From contig JASEIU010000001.1 in assembly GCA_030017715.1 (NCBI GenBank), positions 1,079,845 through 1,143,844 of the forward strand: a stretch of 64,000 nucleotides of DNA, in the 5' to 3' direction. Origin of the DNA: Candidatus Saccharicenans sp. Lineage in GTDB: Bacteria; Acidobacteriota; Aminicenantia; Aminicenantales; Saccharicenantaceae. Position 1 is the first letter of the stretch. The number at the start of each line of letters is the position of its first letter. Positions 1 to 9,456 of this stretch are shown here, piece after piece. Position numbers and translations under genes: made by a program. The notes under the pieces were generated by a model. It did no database searches. It was not told the origin of the DNA and worked only from the letters and a program-made list of their open reading frames with translations.

Positions 1-2
1 TC

Positions 3-371
3 TGCAACACCAGGAGCTCGGTTTACTCGGCTCTGGAAGCTATCCGACTGGCCATTCGGGCCTGCTGCCAGCTGGCCGGAGCTAAGGTCAACCAGCCGCA
101 GAGCTATCCGGCCTGGACCCCCAACCTCGATTCCAGACTGCTGCAAAAAATGGTCGACATCTACCGGAACCTGTTTCAGAAAGAACCGGAGGTCAAAGCC
201 GTTCATGCCGGTCTGGAATGCGGAATAATAGGCGAGAAATACGCCGGAATGGATATGATTTCATTCGGTCCGACCATCAAGTATCCTCATTCTCCGGACG
301 AAAAAGTTAGCCTCGGTTCGGTGGAAAAATTCTGGCAATTCCTGCTGGAGGCTCTGGAAAAATTAACCTGA
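3..371 (+). CDS. pepD: Aminoacyl-histidine dipeptidase (M20 family), C-terminal part, truncated by the window edge
   Basis: Frame is open from base 3. Contains YPAWTPN, VHAGLECG and DMISFGPTIKYPHSPDEKV, typical of the PepD C-terminus. Confidence 0.9.
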   Translation, partial: CNTRSSVYSALEAIRLAIRACCQLAGAKVNQPQSYPAWTPNLDSRLLQKMVDIYRNLFQKEPEVKAVHAGLECGIIGEKYAGMDMISFGPTIKYPHSPDEKVSLGSVEKFWQFLLEALEKLT

Positions 372-479
372 AAATAAAGGGGATTGGAAATGAGGAGAAG
401 AAAATTTCTTCTGTTTCTGGGAATATTTTCTTCTCTGCCGGCCAGATTAGCGGCCCGTTTCAAATCAGGGAGGACAACC

Positions 480-884
480 ATGAAGAAAGCCATTCAGACT
501 GACCGGGCTCCCAAAGCCATTGGTCCCTACTCTCAGGCTATCAAAGCCAACGGTTTTATTTTTGTCTCGGGACAGATTCCTCTTGACCCGGTCAAGGGAG
601 AAATTGTGGGCACGACCATAGAAGAACAGGCTCACCAGGTTCTGAAAAACATCCAGGCCATTCTGGAAGCAGCCGGAAGCTCCATGTCCGAGGTGGTCAA
701 GACCACCGTCTATCTGGCTGACCTGAACGACTTTTCCAGAATGAACGCCGTCTACGCCCAGTATTTCCCGGAACCCTACCCGGCCCGGGCTGCCTTTCAG
801 GTGGTCAGATTGCCCCGCGATGTTAAAATCGAAATCGAAGCCATAGCCGCGACCGGCCCGGAAGTTGTTCCGCTGGTCAAGTAG
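480..884 (+). CDS. ridA: RidA/YjgF/UK114 family enamine/imine deaminase (possible alternative start at 390)
   Basis: [37 protein letters not shown]....IEIEAIA. SD GGGAGGA precedes ATG 480. Confidence 0.92.
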   Translation: MKKAIQTDRAPKAIGPYSQAIKANGFIFVSGQIPLDPVKGEIVGTTIEEQAHQVLKNIQAILEAAGSSMSEVVKTTVYLADLNDFSRMNAVYAQYFPEPYPARAAFQVVRLPRDVKIEIEAIAATGPEVVPLVK

Positions 885-961
885 ACCCGGAAGCGGATCT
901 GTCCCGGACAGACTTAAATATTCCGGGATCTGTAGTATAATTTTTATGGAGAGAATCGGAA

Positions 962-1180
962 ATGCCTATTTATGAATATATCTGTCAGGACTGCGGGAAG
1001 AAGTTTGAGGTCCTGGTCGGACTCAACAGCGCCTCAAAAATAACCTGTCCCGGCTGCCGGAGCGAGCGGGTGAAAAGACTCATTTCATCTTTTGGAATCG
1101 GCGGCGGCAGCAACCGGGTCAAGGGCGGCACGGGCAGCTGTTCCAGCTGCTCCTCTCACAGTTGTTCTACCTGCAAGTAA
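962..1180 (+). CDS. FmdB family zinc-ribbon protein
   Basis: MPIYEYxCxxCG..FE and CPxC, with a Cys/Ser-rich tail CSSCSSHSCSTC. Confidence 0.88.
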   Translation: MPIYEYICQDCGKKFEVLVGLNSASKITCPGCRSERVKRLISSFGIGGGSNRVKGGTGSCSSCSSHSCSTCK

Positions 1181-1266
1181 ACCTTTGTCTTGACATCCCT
1201 GGCCCTGTTCCTGTAAATCTATTCATTCACTAAATTTAAAGCAGCCGAGAGAGGAGTTACAGGCCT

Positions 1267-3282
1267 TTGGCAGACGGCAGAAAAACTGATTTAAGAATTG
1301 GAGTGGATTCAGGCGGAACCTTTACCGACCTGGTGATACATTCTGGCGGACAACTTACGGTCAGGAAGGTTCCTTCTACTCCGGCCAATCCTTCTCAGGC
1401 CATTCTTCAGGGACTGGCCGATTTCCTTCCGGCCGAACAGGCTCTGGTAATCCACGGCACCACCGTCGGCACCAACGCTCTGCTGGAAAAAAAGGGCGGT
1501 CGTATCGCCTTTATCACCACCGCCGGATTTGAAGATATCATTTTTATCGGCCGTCAGACCCGAAAAAATCTCTACAGCCTCAAGGGAGAAGAACGCAGTT
1601 TTATCATCTCGCCCCGCCTTTGCTTTGGTCTGGAGGAAAGAATTCAGGCCGGGGGCCGGGTGGAAAAACCGCTTCAAAAAAGCGACCTGGAGCGGATCAT
1701 AACCGTTTTAAGGAAGGAACGGGTTGAGGCCGTCGCCGTCTGCCTGCTGCACTCTTATGTCAATCCCGTTCACGAACAACTCGTGGCCGAGAGGTTGCAA
1801 CAGGCCGGATTCAGGGTTTCCTGCTCTTCCAGCCTGCTGCCTGAATATCGCGAATTTGAGAGAGCATCGACCACGGTTATCAATGCCTATCTGCTGCCGG
1901 TGATGGACCGTTATCTGGCTGAACTTCAGGGCCGGCTGTCGGGTGCCCGGCTCAAGATAATGCAGTCGAACGAAGGTTATATCTCGACTGAAAAAGCCAG
2001 ACAGGAGCCCATCAAGACTATCCTTTCGGGCCCGACCGGCGGTGTGGTCGGAGCCTTGCATCTGGCCAGGGCGGCCGGTTTTCGCAAAGTCATCAGTTTC
2101 GATATGGGCGGAACCTCAACCGACGTATCGCTCATCGACGGTCGGATTAAAAGGTCCACTGAAAACCTGGTCGGCGATTTTCCGGTGCGCCTGCCGATGG
2201 TGGACGTGCACTCGGTCGGAGCCGGCGGGGGCTCAGTCGTCTATGTGGATAAAGGAGGTCTGCTGCGAGTGGGGCCGCAGAGCGTCGGAGCCAATCCCGG
2301 GCCGGCCTGCTATGGACTGGGCGACATTCCGGCGGTTACCGATGCCAACCTCTGCCTGGGCCGACTGGACCCCGAGTTTTTCCTGGGCGGCAGGATGAGA
2401 ATATATCCGGAGAGAAGCCGTAAGGCTCTGGAAGCCGTGGCCAGGAAAATCGGGCGGAGTTTGATTGAGACCGCGCTCGGTGTGGTGGCCATAGCCAACG
2501 CCAGCATGGAGAAAGCCATCAGAGTGATTTCGGTTGAGAGGGGCTATGACCCGCGCCAGTTTTCGCTGGTGTCTTTTGGCGGCGCCGGCGGCCTGCACGC
2601 GGTAGAAATGGCTGACCACCTGAGAATTCCTCGGGTTATCATCCCCCGATTCGCCGGAGTGCTGTCAGCCCTCGGGCTTCTGCTGGCTGATTCGGTCAAG
2701 GATTATTCCCGGTCTTTCATCAGGCTGGCTCAGAAAACCGACCCCGAAGAACTGGAAAAATCATTTGCCGAAATGACCGACCGGGCCGTGGAGGAGATGG
2801 TTGAAGACGGGTTCAGACCGGACGAGGTTCTGGTCGAAAGACAGCTTGACCTCCGGTATCTCGGTCAATCTCATGAACTGACCATCCCCTATCGCTCCGG
2901 CGCCTTTCATAAGTTCAGCTATCTTAACGAATTCCATCGCCAGCACCGGCGACTGTTTTCTTATTATCATCAGCACCGGCCGGTGGAGATCGTTAATTTG
3001 AGGGTCAGGGCGGTGGCCAGGGCTCCAAAAATCAAGCTTAAACCTTACCCCCACAGCCCGGAAATTCCGGCCGCGGCCAGAATAAAAAAGCAGTGGCTGT
3101 ATCATGGAAAAGAAAAACGCCGGGTCGAGGTTTTCGACCGGTCTCAGTTGCTGGCTGGAAATCAAATTCCCGGTCCGGCCCTGGTGGTCGATGCCGAGTC
3201 AACAACTTTCATTCCTCCGGGATATACAGCCGTCACCGACCGCTTCCTGAATTTAATAATAGAAAAGGCGGGCTCAGCATGA
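1267..3282 (+). CDS. Hydantoinase/5-oxoprolinase subunit A (ATP-binding)
   Basis: IGVDSGGTFTD, HGTTVGTNALLE, FDMGGTSTDVS, GAGGGS, FGGAGGLHA. TTG start after GAGGAG. Confidence 0.92.
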   Translation: MADGRKTDLRIGVDSGGTFTDLVIHSGGQLTVRKVPSTPANPSQAILQGLADFLPAEQALVIHGTTVGTNALLEKKGGRIAFITTAGFEDIIFIGRQTRKNLYSLKGEERSFIISPRLCFGLEERIQAGGRVEKPLQKSDLERIITVLRKERVEAVAVCLLHSYVNPVHEQLVAERLQQAGFRVSCSSSLLPEYREFERASTTVINAYLLPVMDRYLAELQGRLSGARLKIMQSNEGYISTEKARQEPIKTILSGPTGGVVGALHLARAAGFRKVISFDMGGTSTDVSLIDGRIKRSTENLVGDFPVRLPMVDVHSVGAGGGSVVYVDKGGLLRVGPQSVGANPGPACYGLGDIPAVTDANLCLGRLDPEFFLGGRMRIYPERSRKALEAVARKIGRSLIETALGVVAIANASMEKAIRVISVERGYDPRQFSLVSFGGAGGLHAVEMADHLRIPRVIIPRFAGVLSALGLLLADSVKDYSRSFIRLAQKTDPEELEKSFAEMTDRAVEEMVEDGFRPDEVLVERQLDLRYLGQSHELTIPYRSGAFHKFSYLNEFHRQHRRLFSYYHQHRPVEIVNLRVRAVARAPKIKLKPYPHSPEIPAAARIKKQWLYHGKEKRRVEVFDRSQLLAGNQIPGPALVVDAESTTFIPPGYTAVTDRFLNLIIEKAGSA

Positions 3283-4847
3283 AGCAGTTTGACCCGATAG
3301 AACTCGAGCTGTTCAAGAATTTATTTACTTCCATAACCGAAGAGATGGCCGCTGTCCTGCAGAGGACCGCCCTGTCGCCCAACATTAAAGAAAGAAGGGA
3401 TTTTTCCTGCGCCCTGTTCACCAGGCTGGGCGAGACCTTTGCTCAGGGGTCCCACATTCCGGTGCATCTGGGAGCGATGCCGCTTTCGGTTCAGGCTGCC
3501 CTTCAGGCGGTGGAGTTTGAGCCGGGCGATGTGGTTATTCTCAACGATCCCTATAAGGGCGGAACCCATCTTCCGGATATCACCTGTATTCAGCCCTATT
3601 TTGTCGGCCAAAACCTCTGTTTTCTGATAGCCAACCGGGCCCACCATTCGGATGTCGGCGGCATTACTCCCGGTTCGATGCCACTGGCCACTGAAATTTT
3701 TCAGGAAGGGGTAATTATCCCGCCGTTAAAACTTTACCGTCGCGGTCGACTGAACGAAGAGGTTCTCAGCCTGTTTCTGGCTAATGTCCGGACACCCGAG
3801 GAAAGACGGGGAGATATCCTGGCTCAGGTGGCGGCCAATTCCCGGGGAGCCAGACGGCTGGCTGAAATGCTGGCTGGCTACGGCCTGGAAAAGCTGACCC
3901 TGTATGCTGACCAGATCCAGAATTATACCGAGAAAATTCTCAGGGCAACAATCAAGTCGATCCCGGACGGCCTCTATGAGTTCGAAGACTTTCTGGACGA
4001 CGACGGCCTCAATCAGCAACCGGTGAAAATCAGGGTGGCCCTGACCATAAAAGGCGACGAAGCCTGGGTCGATTTCAGCGGTTCTTCCGACCAGGTGGCC
4101 GGCTCCATAAACGCTAATTTTGCCGTCACCTATTCTGCCGTTCTTTATGTCTTTCGGTCGCTGGTTGAAGAAGACATACCCTTCAATACGGGTCTGATGA
4201 AACCGATCAAGATCATCGCTCCCGAAGGCTCGGTGGTCAAGGCCACTTTTCCCTCGGCTCTGGCCGGTGGCAATGTGGAGACTTCTCAGAGAATAGTTGA
4301 TGTCCTGCTGGGCGCCCTGGCCCGGGCTCTGCCCGGGAAAATTCCGGCGGCCAGCCAGGGAACCATGAACAACCTGGCTTTCGGGGGTTTTAATCCCAGA
4401 ACCAGAGCCAATTTTGCCTATTATGAAACCATCGGCGGCGGACTCGGAGCATCCCCCTCCAGGCCAGGCTTGAGCGGAGTCCACTGTCATATGACCAATT
4501 CCTTGAACACTCCGATCGAAGCCCTGGAAAACTATCTGCCGCTTAAGATCAGGAAATACGCCCTCAGGAAAAACTCGGGCGGCGCGGGGCGGCAGCCCGG
4601 GGGCGACGGCCTGATAAGGGAATATCAGTTTCTGGTTCCGGTCAACCTGACCATAATTTCCGACCGGAGAAAACTCCGCCCTTACGGACTGGAAGGAGGG
4701 CAGCCGGGCCGGGCCGGAGTCAACCTGCTGATCAGGAAGGGAAAAAAGAAAACTCTGGGTTCCAAGGTCAACCTGAAGCTCGAAGCCGGAGACATTCTCA
4801 GGATTGAGACCCCGGGCGGCGGCGGATACGGGCGGCCTGAGGAATAA
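3279..4847 (+). CDS. Hydantoinase B/5-oxoprolinase subunit B
   Basis: DPIELE, SPNIKERRDFSCALF, HIPVHLG, NDPYKGGTHLPD, HHSDVGG, ETPGGGGYG. ATGA overlap with the subunit A stop, so the real start is 3279 rather than 3093. Confidence 0.92.
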   Translation: MKQFDPIELELFKNLFTSITEEMAAVLQRTALSPNIKERRDFSCALFTRLGETFAQGSHIPVHLGAMPLSVQAALQAVEFEPGDVVILNDPYKGGTHLPDITCIQPYFVGQNLCFLIANRAHHSDVGGITPGSMPLATEIFQEGVIIPPLKLYRRGRLNEEVLSLFLANVRTPEERRGDILAQVAANSRGARRLAEMLAGYGLEKLTLYADQIQNYTEKILRATIKSIPDGLYEFEDFLDDDGLNQQPVKIRVALTIKGDEAWVDFSGSSDQVAGSINANFAVTYSAVLYVFRSLVEEDIPFNTGLMKPIKIIAPEGSVVKATFPSALAGGNVETSQRIVDVLLGALARALPGKIPAASQGTMNNLAFGGFNPRTRANFAYYETIGGGLGASPSRPGLSGVHCHMTNSLNTPIEALENYLPLKIRKYALRKNSGGAGRQPGGDGLIREYQFLVPVNLTIISDRRKLRPYGLEGGQPGRAGVNLLIRKGKKKTLGSKVNLKLEAGDILRIETPGGGGYGRPEE

Positions 4848-4855
4848 GCACCTTA

Positions 4856-6670
4856 TCAGTCAACGGTCAGGGTCTTGCTGATGTTTCTTGGCTGGTCGGG
4901 GTCAAGACCGAGTTCCTGGCTGACATAATAGGCCAGAAGCTGGGCCACAACCACACTGAGAATCGGGCAGAAATAATAATTATCCGAGACCAGGGGGACC
5001 AGAAAATGAGCGTTAAGCCGCAGGGCCGGTTCATCCGGTCCGATCAGGGCAATCTTCCCGTAACGACAGCTGACCTCATTCATATGTGAAATGCTCATTC
5101 TGGCATCTTCGGCCGTGCTGATAAACACCACCCAGTCGTCGGGAGAGATTATGGCCAGCGGCCCATGCTTAAATTCGGAAGAATATATGGCTTCACAGGG
5201 AATGTAAGAAACCTCCTTCAGCTTCAGGGCCCCCTCCAGGCAGGCTCCGAATGACAGACCATAGCCGAGGTAATAAAGGTATTTTTTTCCCTTCAGGACT
5301 CTGGCCAGTTCTTTAACCGGGCCGGCCGTCTGGCTCAGGGTTTCAGCCAGCAGGCCCGGCAGCGACCTCAGCTTCTGCCGGGAAAGCGGTGACTTCAACC
5401 CCCTGGCCCTGGCCAGCTGGCAGGCCAGCACCAGAAAAGTCAAGACCTGGTTGAGAAAGGTCTTGGTGGCCGGGACCGAAATTTCAACTCCGGTCAGCAA
5501 CGGCAGAAAATGCTTAACCCGGAGTTGCAAAGAAGAACCCAGAACATTGACCAGGGTGATTATATTTCTGGCCTTCTTTTTCTCCAGAAGGTTAAGAACA
5601 TTGATGACATCCTTGGTTTCGCCGCTCTGGGAAACTAAAATGAAGGCTTCCCGCTCCGGATTGAAGTTCTTATAGTGCTCGGCGAAGGCCCCGGCTACCA
5701 CCGGCGTGGCTTCCAGGCGGCCGATGGCATTCAGGTAACAGGCGCCTATGGTGCAGGCGTTATAAGATGAACCTGAGCCTATCAGGAACACCCGGCTGGT
5801 TTTTTTTAACAGATTTAATATTTCCTGAGTATTTTCCTTATGTTCGAGGTAGTCGAGAAGGGCCCGGGCTTTATCCGGCTGTTCGTGTATTTCTTTCAGC
5901 ATGAAGTGAGGATAACTTCCCTTTTGAGCCTGCTCCAGGTCCAGGGTGCATTCATAGGGTTCTCGCTCGACTTCCCGGCCGGTGGCCAGGTTCTTAATCT
6001 GATAGGAGGCGGCCGAAAACTCCACGTATTCTCCATCTTTGATGCTGACGATTTTTCTGGTCAGCGGGAGTATCGAGGGCAGGTCGGATGAACAGCAAAT
6101 AAAGCCGTCTCCCACTCCGAGATAGAGCGAGGAATATTTCTTAACGCAGTACATCAAATCGCTGCCAACCTCAGTCAGGCAGAAGGCATAGTCGCCCTGG
6201 AGCATACGGTCGGCTATCTCCAGCGCCCGCCCCAGGTCCGGTGTCGTCTTCAGAGCTTCTTCGACCGCATGGACGCAGACCTCGCCGTCGTTTTCGCCCC
6301 TGAACCTGTGTCCGGAGGCGGTCAGAGAGAAAATCAACTCTCTGGTGTTGATGATGTTTCCGTTATGAGCTCCAACCAGCCTCTGCCGGCAATCAAAGTG
6401 GGGCTGGGCATTGCGCGGCAACGGCTGTCCGAAAGTGGCCCAGCGCAGCTGGACTATCCCCTTGTAACCCTGCAGTTCCTCAAAGTTAAGCTTCCGGTTA
6501 ACCTCTTCAATCTTGCCCACATCTTTTCTCAGCTCAACCCGGTTTCCGTCAAAAACGCCCATTCCCACCGAATCGTATCCGCGGTAGGTCAGGCGCCGCC
6601 CGGCTGACAGGAGAATGGTTCCCAGGTCCCGGCGCCTGTCCTGAAAGATGATGCCGAATATTCCACACAT
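4856..6670 (-). CDS. glmS: Glutamine--fructose-6-phosphate transaminase (isomerizing)
   Basis: N-terminal MCGI, RGYDS, RWAT, HNG, SQSGET, ALKLKE, EFKHGP, C-terminal PRNISKTLTVD. Confidence 0.92.
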   Translation of the reverse strand: MCGIFGIIFQDRRRDLGTILLSAGRRLTYRGYDSVGMGVFDGNRVELRKDVGKIEEVNRKLNFEELQGYKGIVQLRWATFGQPLPRNAQPHFDCRQRLVGAHNGNIINTRELIFSLTASGHRFRGENDGEVCVHAVEEALKTTPDLGRALEIADRMLQGDYAFCLTEVGSDLMYCVKKYSSLYLGVGDGFICCSSDLPSILPLTRKIVSIKDGEYVEFSAASYQIKNLATGREVEREPYECTLDLEQAQKGSYPHFMLKEIHEQPDKARALLDYLEHKENTQEILNLLKKTSRVFLIGSGSSYNACTIGACYLNAIGRLEATPVVAGAFAEHYKNFNPEREAFILVSQSGETKDVINVLNLLEKKKARNIITLVNVLGSSLQLRVKHFLPLLTGVEISVPATKTFLNQVLTFLVLACQLARARGLKSPLSRQKLRSLPGLLAETLSQTAGPVKELARVLKGKKYLYYLGYGLSFGACLEGALKLKEVSYIPCEAIYSSEFKHGPLAIISPDDWVVFISTAEDARMSISHMNEVSCRYGKIALIGPDEPALRLNAHFLVPLVSDNYYFCPILSVVVAQLLAYYVSQELGLDPDQPRNISKTLTVD

Positions 6671-6737
6671 AGCTTCCTCCTCAATGGCCCGGGATCAATT
6701 AACACGTTGTCGTCGGCCGGGTCTGACACGGTCGTCG

Positions 6738-7220
6738 TCAGGGGCAGACTTTTTTAATCCTTCTTTTTTCTATCATCAACGACCCTTGATAGGCTACATA
6801 ATTCAGAAGAATCATCACCCGCTGTCGGTCGCTGAGAGGCTTGAAGAACAGACCCCTTAAACCCTTTAGGGGGCCCTCCATAACCACAATTTCGTCTCCG
6901 GGCTGCGGCTCTTCACCGTATTTCATAAGCTCAATCAATCCGTTTTTCTCCCTGGATTTAAGACACTTTATGATCTCTGGTTGGACAGAAATCGGCCCTT
7001 CAGCGTTTCCGACCACTCGCTGCACACCCCGGGTATATATCACCGTCCTGTATTGTTCGGGGTACCTGAACTTAAGGAATAGGTAGCCTGGAAAAAATGG
7101 CCGGACGACCCCGTCCTGCCGGTACTTGGGGTTGTAAACTGTCAGCCTGGCCTGACTGAAAAGACTCTCCACCTGAAATTCCTTCTTCGGCTTGGTCCGG
7201 ACAACATACCAATTCATCAT
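6738..7220 (-). CDS. NusG paralog (RfaH/UpxY/LoaP-like) transcription antitermination factor
   Basis: WYVVRTKPKKE and PFFPGYLF (NGN domain), KOW-like PGDEIVVMEGPLKGLRG. Confidence 0.85.
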   Translation of the reverse strand: MMNWYVVRTKPKKEFQVESLFSQARLTVYNPKYRQDGVVRPFFPGYLFLKFRYPEQYRTVIYTRGVQRVVGNAEGPISVQPEIIKCLKSREKNGLIELMKYGEEPQPGDEIVVMEGPLKGLRGLFFKPLSDRQRVMILLNYVAYQGSLMIEKRRIKKVCP

Positions 7221-7275
7221 CCTGGCTGTTCACCCATCAGTAATAATTTATCCGGTTCTCTGCCGGTCGCCCTTT

Positions 7276-8661
7276 TTATGAAAAAAGATTTTCAATATCT
7301 TTAATCTTCCTGGGGATTTTCGGGCCCAGCACCCGACAGCCTTTTTCGGTGACCAGAACGTCGTCCTCGATTCTTATCCCGCCAAAATCAAGGAATTTTT
7401 CCACGGCCGCATAGTTTATGAAAGCCAGATGTTTCTTTTCCTTTTTCCAGGCAGCCACCAGGGCCGGGATGAAATAGAGTCCGGGTTCAACCGTCAGCAC
7501 AAAGCCCGGTTCTAACGTCCGGGCCAGCCTCAGGTAACCCAGACCGAATTGTTCGCTGCGCTTGACGGTCTGGTCATAACCGACATGATTTTCGCCGAGA
7601 TTTTCCATGTCATGGACATCCAGTCCCAGCATGTGTCCGAGCCCGTGCGGGAAAAACAGGGCCTGGGCTCCCTGTTCGACGGCCTCATCCAGGTTGCCGG
7701 TCATCAGACCCAGGTCCTTCAAGGCTTCAGCCATGACCCGGGCGGCCCGGAGATGAACCTCCCGGTATTTTATCCCGGGAGAGATAGCTTTGATGGCTTC
7801 TTCCTGGCCCTTGAGGACAATGGAGTAAATGTCCCTCTGACGCTGATTGAATTTGCCTCCCACCGGGACTGACCTGGTTATGTCGCAGGCATAATGCCGG
7901 GCCGATTCGGCTCCGGCATCCATGACCATCATCCGGCCTTTTTTCAATGTGTCACCGTAAGAGGTCTTATGGAATATCTGGCCGTTTATGGTGATAATGG
8001 GCGGAAAAGCAAAAGTCAGGCCGTTGGCCCTCAAAACCATTTCCATAAAGGCCAGGACTTCCTGTTCCCTGGCCCCCGGCTTAACCCTGGGAATGGCGGC
8101 CAGGTACATTTCCCTGGTGACTGACAGGGCTTTTTCGATCTCTCTGATTTCATCCGGGCTCTTGACCGAGCGCAGGGCTACCACGGCCCTGATCAGGTCC
8201 AGAGAAGCCGCTGATTTCAATTCAGCCGGTGCCATCCCCAGGTATCCGGCCAGCTGCAGGCTGGTTTCGGCTCTGTAAGGAGGCAGAAAGTGGATTGGAC
8301 GCCCCTGATTTCGAACCTTCTCCAGGTAATCCTGAAGGCCGGAGAATGGCTTCACCTGTCTGATCCCGACCGCGGCTGCCCGGTCCTTAAGCCTGGGCTG
8401 GGGGCCGACCCAGATAATATCTTCGAGAGTTACGTCATCGCCAAAGATTATATCCTGGCCTTCATCCAGGTCCATGACCGCGGCCAGGCCCGGAGAATCC
8501 AGTCCGAAAAAGTATAAGAAAGTGCTGTCCTGCCGGAAAGGATAGGCATTGGCTTTGTAATTCATAGGACTGTCGGTATTGCCCGGGAACAGGCACACTC
8601 CTTTCTTGACCAGGCTCTTAAGCTTCTTTCTTCTCTGCTGATAGGTTTCCGGTTTGAACAT
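7276..8661 (-). CDS. pepP: Xaa-Pro aminopeptidase (M24B)
   Basis: FRQDSTFLYFFG, DAGAE..YACDITR, PHGLGHMLGLDVHD, TVEPGLYF, GGIRIEDDVLVT. Confidence 0.92.
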   Translation of the reverse strand: MFKPETYQQRRKKLKSLVKKGVCLFPGNTDSPMNYKANAYPFRQDSTFLYFFGLDSPGLAAVMDLDEGQDIIFGDDVTLEDIIWVGPQPRLKDRAAAVGIRQVKPFSGLQDYLEKVRNQGRPIHFLPPYRAETSLQLAGYLGMAPAELKSAASLDLIRAVVALRSVKSPDEIREIEKALSVTREMYLAAIPRVKPGAREQEVLAFMEMVLRANGLTFAFPPIITINGQIFHKTSYGDTLKKGRMMVMDAGAESARHYACDITRSVPVGGKFNQRQRDIYSIVLKGQEEAIKAISPGIKYREVHLRAARVMAEALKDLGLMTGNLDEAVEQGAQALFFPHGLGHMLGLDVHDMENLGENHVGYDQTVKRSEQFGLGYLRLARTLEPGFVLTVEPGLYFIPALVAAWKKEKKHLAFINYAAVEKFLDFGGIRIEDDVLVTEKGCRVLGPKIPRKIKDIENLFS

Positions 8662-8767
8662 CGAGTCCTCCTTAATAATTAAGTGTTAAAACATCTATAC
8701 CAGATTTCGGACCTTAAATCAAAAAGGAATTGAGTTATAGAATTAAAAACCTCTAGCCGCGGGCTGC

Positions 8768-8797
8768 AAAAAATCCGGCCCCGGCCGGGCCGGATTT
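8768..8797 (-). terminator. Probable intrinsic terminator downstream of tRNA-fMet
   Basis: 11-bp inverted repeat AAATCCGGCCC/GGGCCGGATTT ending in a T6 run on the minus strand. Confidence 0.6.
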
Positions 8798-8965
8798 CGG
8801 CCACAGTTGGCTTCTGATTTCGGGAATGGCGACTGTTTTCTGAGTTACCGGGGTAAACAATTTTCGGCCAAACGGTCGGACGGTTGAAGGTCCGGGAACC
8901 AGTGCGGACATGAAGAAAAAAATGAAACAGGCGAAACTCGAGTTGGTTGGAGAGGCAAAAAAAAA

Positions 8966-9042
<77 letters not shown>

Positions 9043-9052
9043 ATCATTTTCA

Positions 9053-9080
9053 ATTATAACAGAAAAATGCTTTTTGTCAA
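9053..9080 (-). promoter_or_regulatory. Sigma70 promoter for tRNA-fMet
   Basis: TTGACA (9080-9075), 16-nt spacer, TATAAT (9058-9053) with extended -10 TG. Confidence 0.8.
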
Positions 9081-9085
9081 AAAAC

Positions 9086-9456
9086 GGCCGGAGCAGGACA
9101 TAAGCCGAATTCAGTTACTGCCTGAGGCAGCGGCGGTCATTTGTCTGACCGGCTGATTGCTCAGCCGGTTTAGCGACCTACCCACCCCTCGGACGGGCCA
9201 TCCTCAAACGGGGCTAATTTGGTCTTGCTCCGGATGGGGTTTGCCCTGCCTCCGTCGTCGCCGACGGAGCGGTGAGCTCTTACCTCGCCTTTTCACCCTT
9301 ACCCGCTTCCGGAAGAAGCCGGCGGTATGTTTTCTGTGGCACTTTCCTCCGGTCGCCCGGAGTCGCTGTTAACGACCATCCTGCCCTGTGGAGTTCGGAC
9401 TTTCCTCCTCTTCTTCCTCATCGGAAGAAGAAGCGACCGCCTCGCCTGCTCCAGCC
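9086..9456 (-). ncRNA. rnpB: RNase P RNA (bacterial type A)
   Basis: GAGGAAAGTCCGAACTCC, AGTGCCACAGAAAA, GGTAAGGGTGAAAAGG, GGCAAACCCC..GGAGCAAG, GAATTCGGCTTA. P1 formed by GGCTGGAGCAGG/CCTGCTCCGGCC. Confidence 0.95.

Noticed and set aside
886-927. Nested inverted repeats after ridA (CCCGGAA..TCTGTC/GACAGA..TTCCGGG)
   Set aside because: The stems are short, with no U-tract or recognisable RNA family; CCGG-rich matches are common here.
3093-3278. N-terminal extensions in the ORF track (also 12100, 23489, 43177, 59813, 62066)
   Set aside because: They overlap neighbouring genes or tRNAs, and better downstream starts exist (SD, ATGA coupling or no overlap).
6671-6737. glmS ribozyme
   Set aside because: The leader is only 67 nt and lacks the conserved core.
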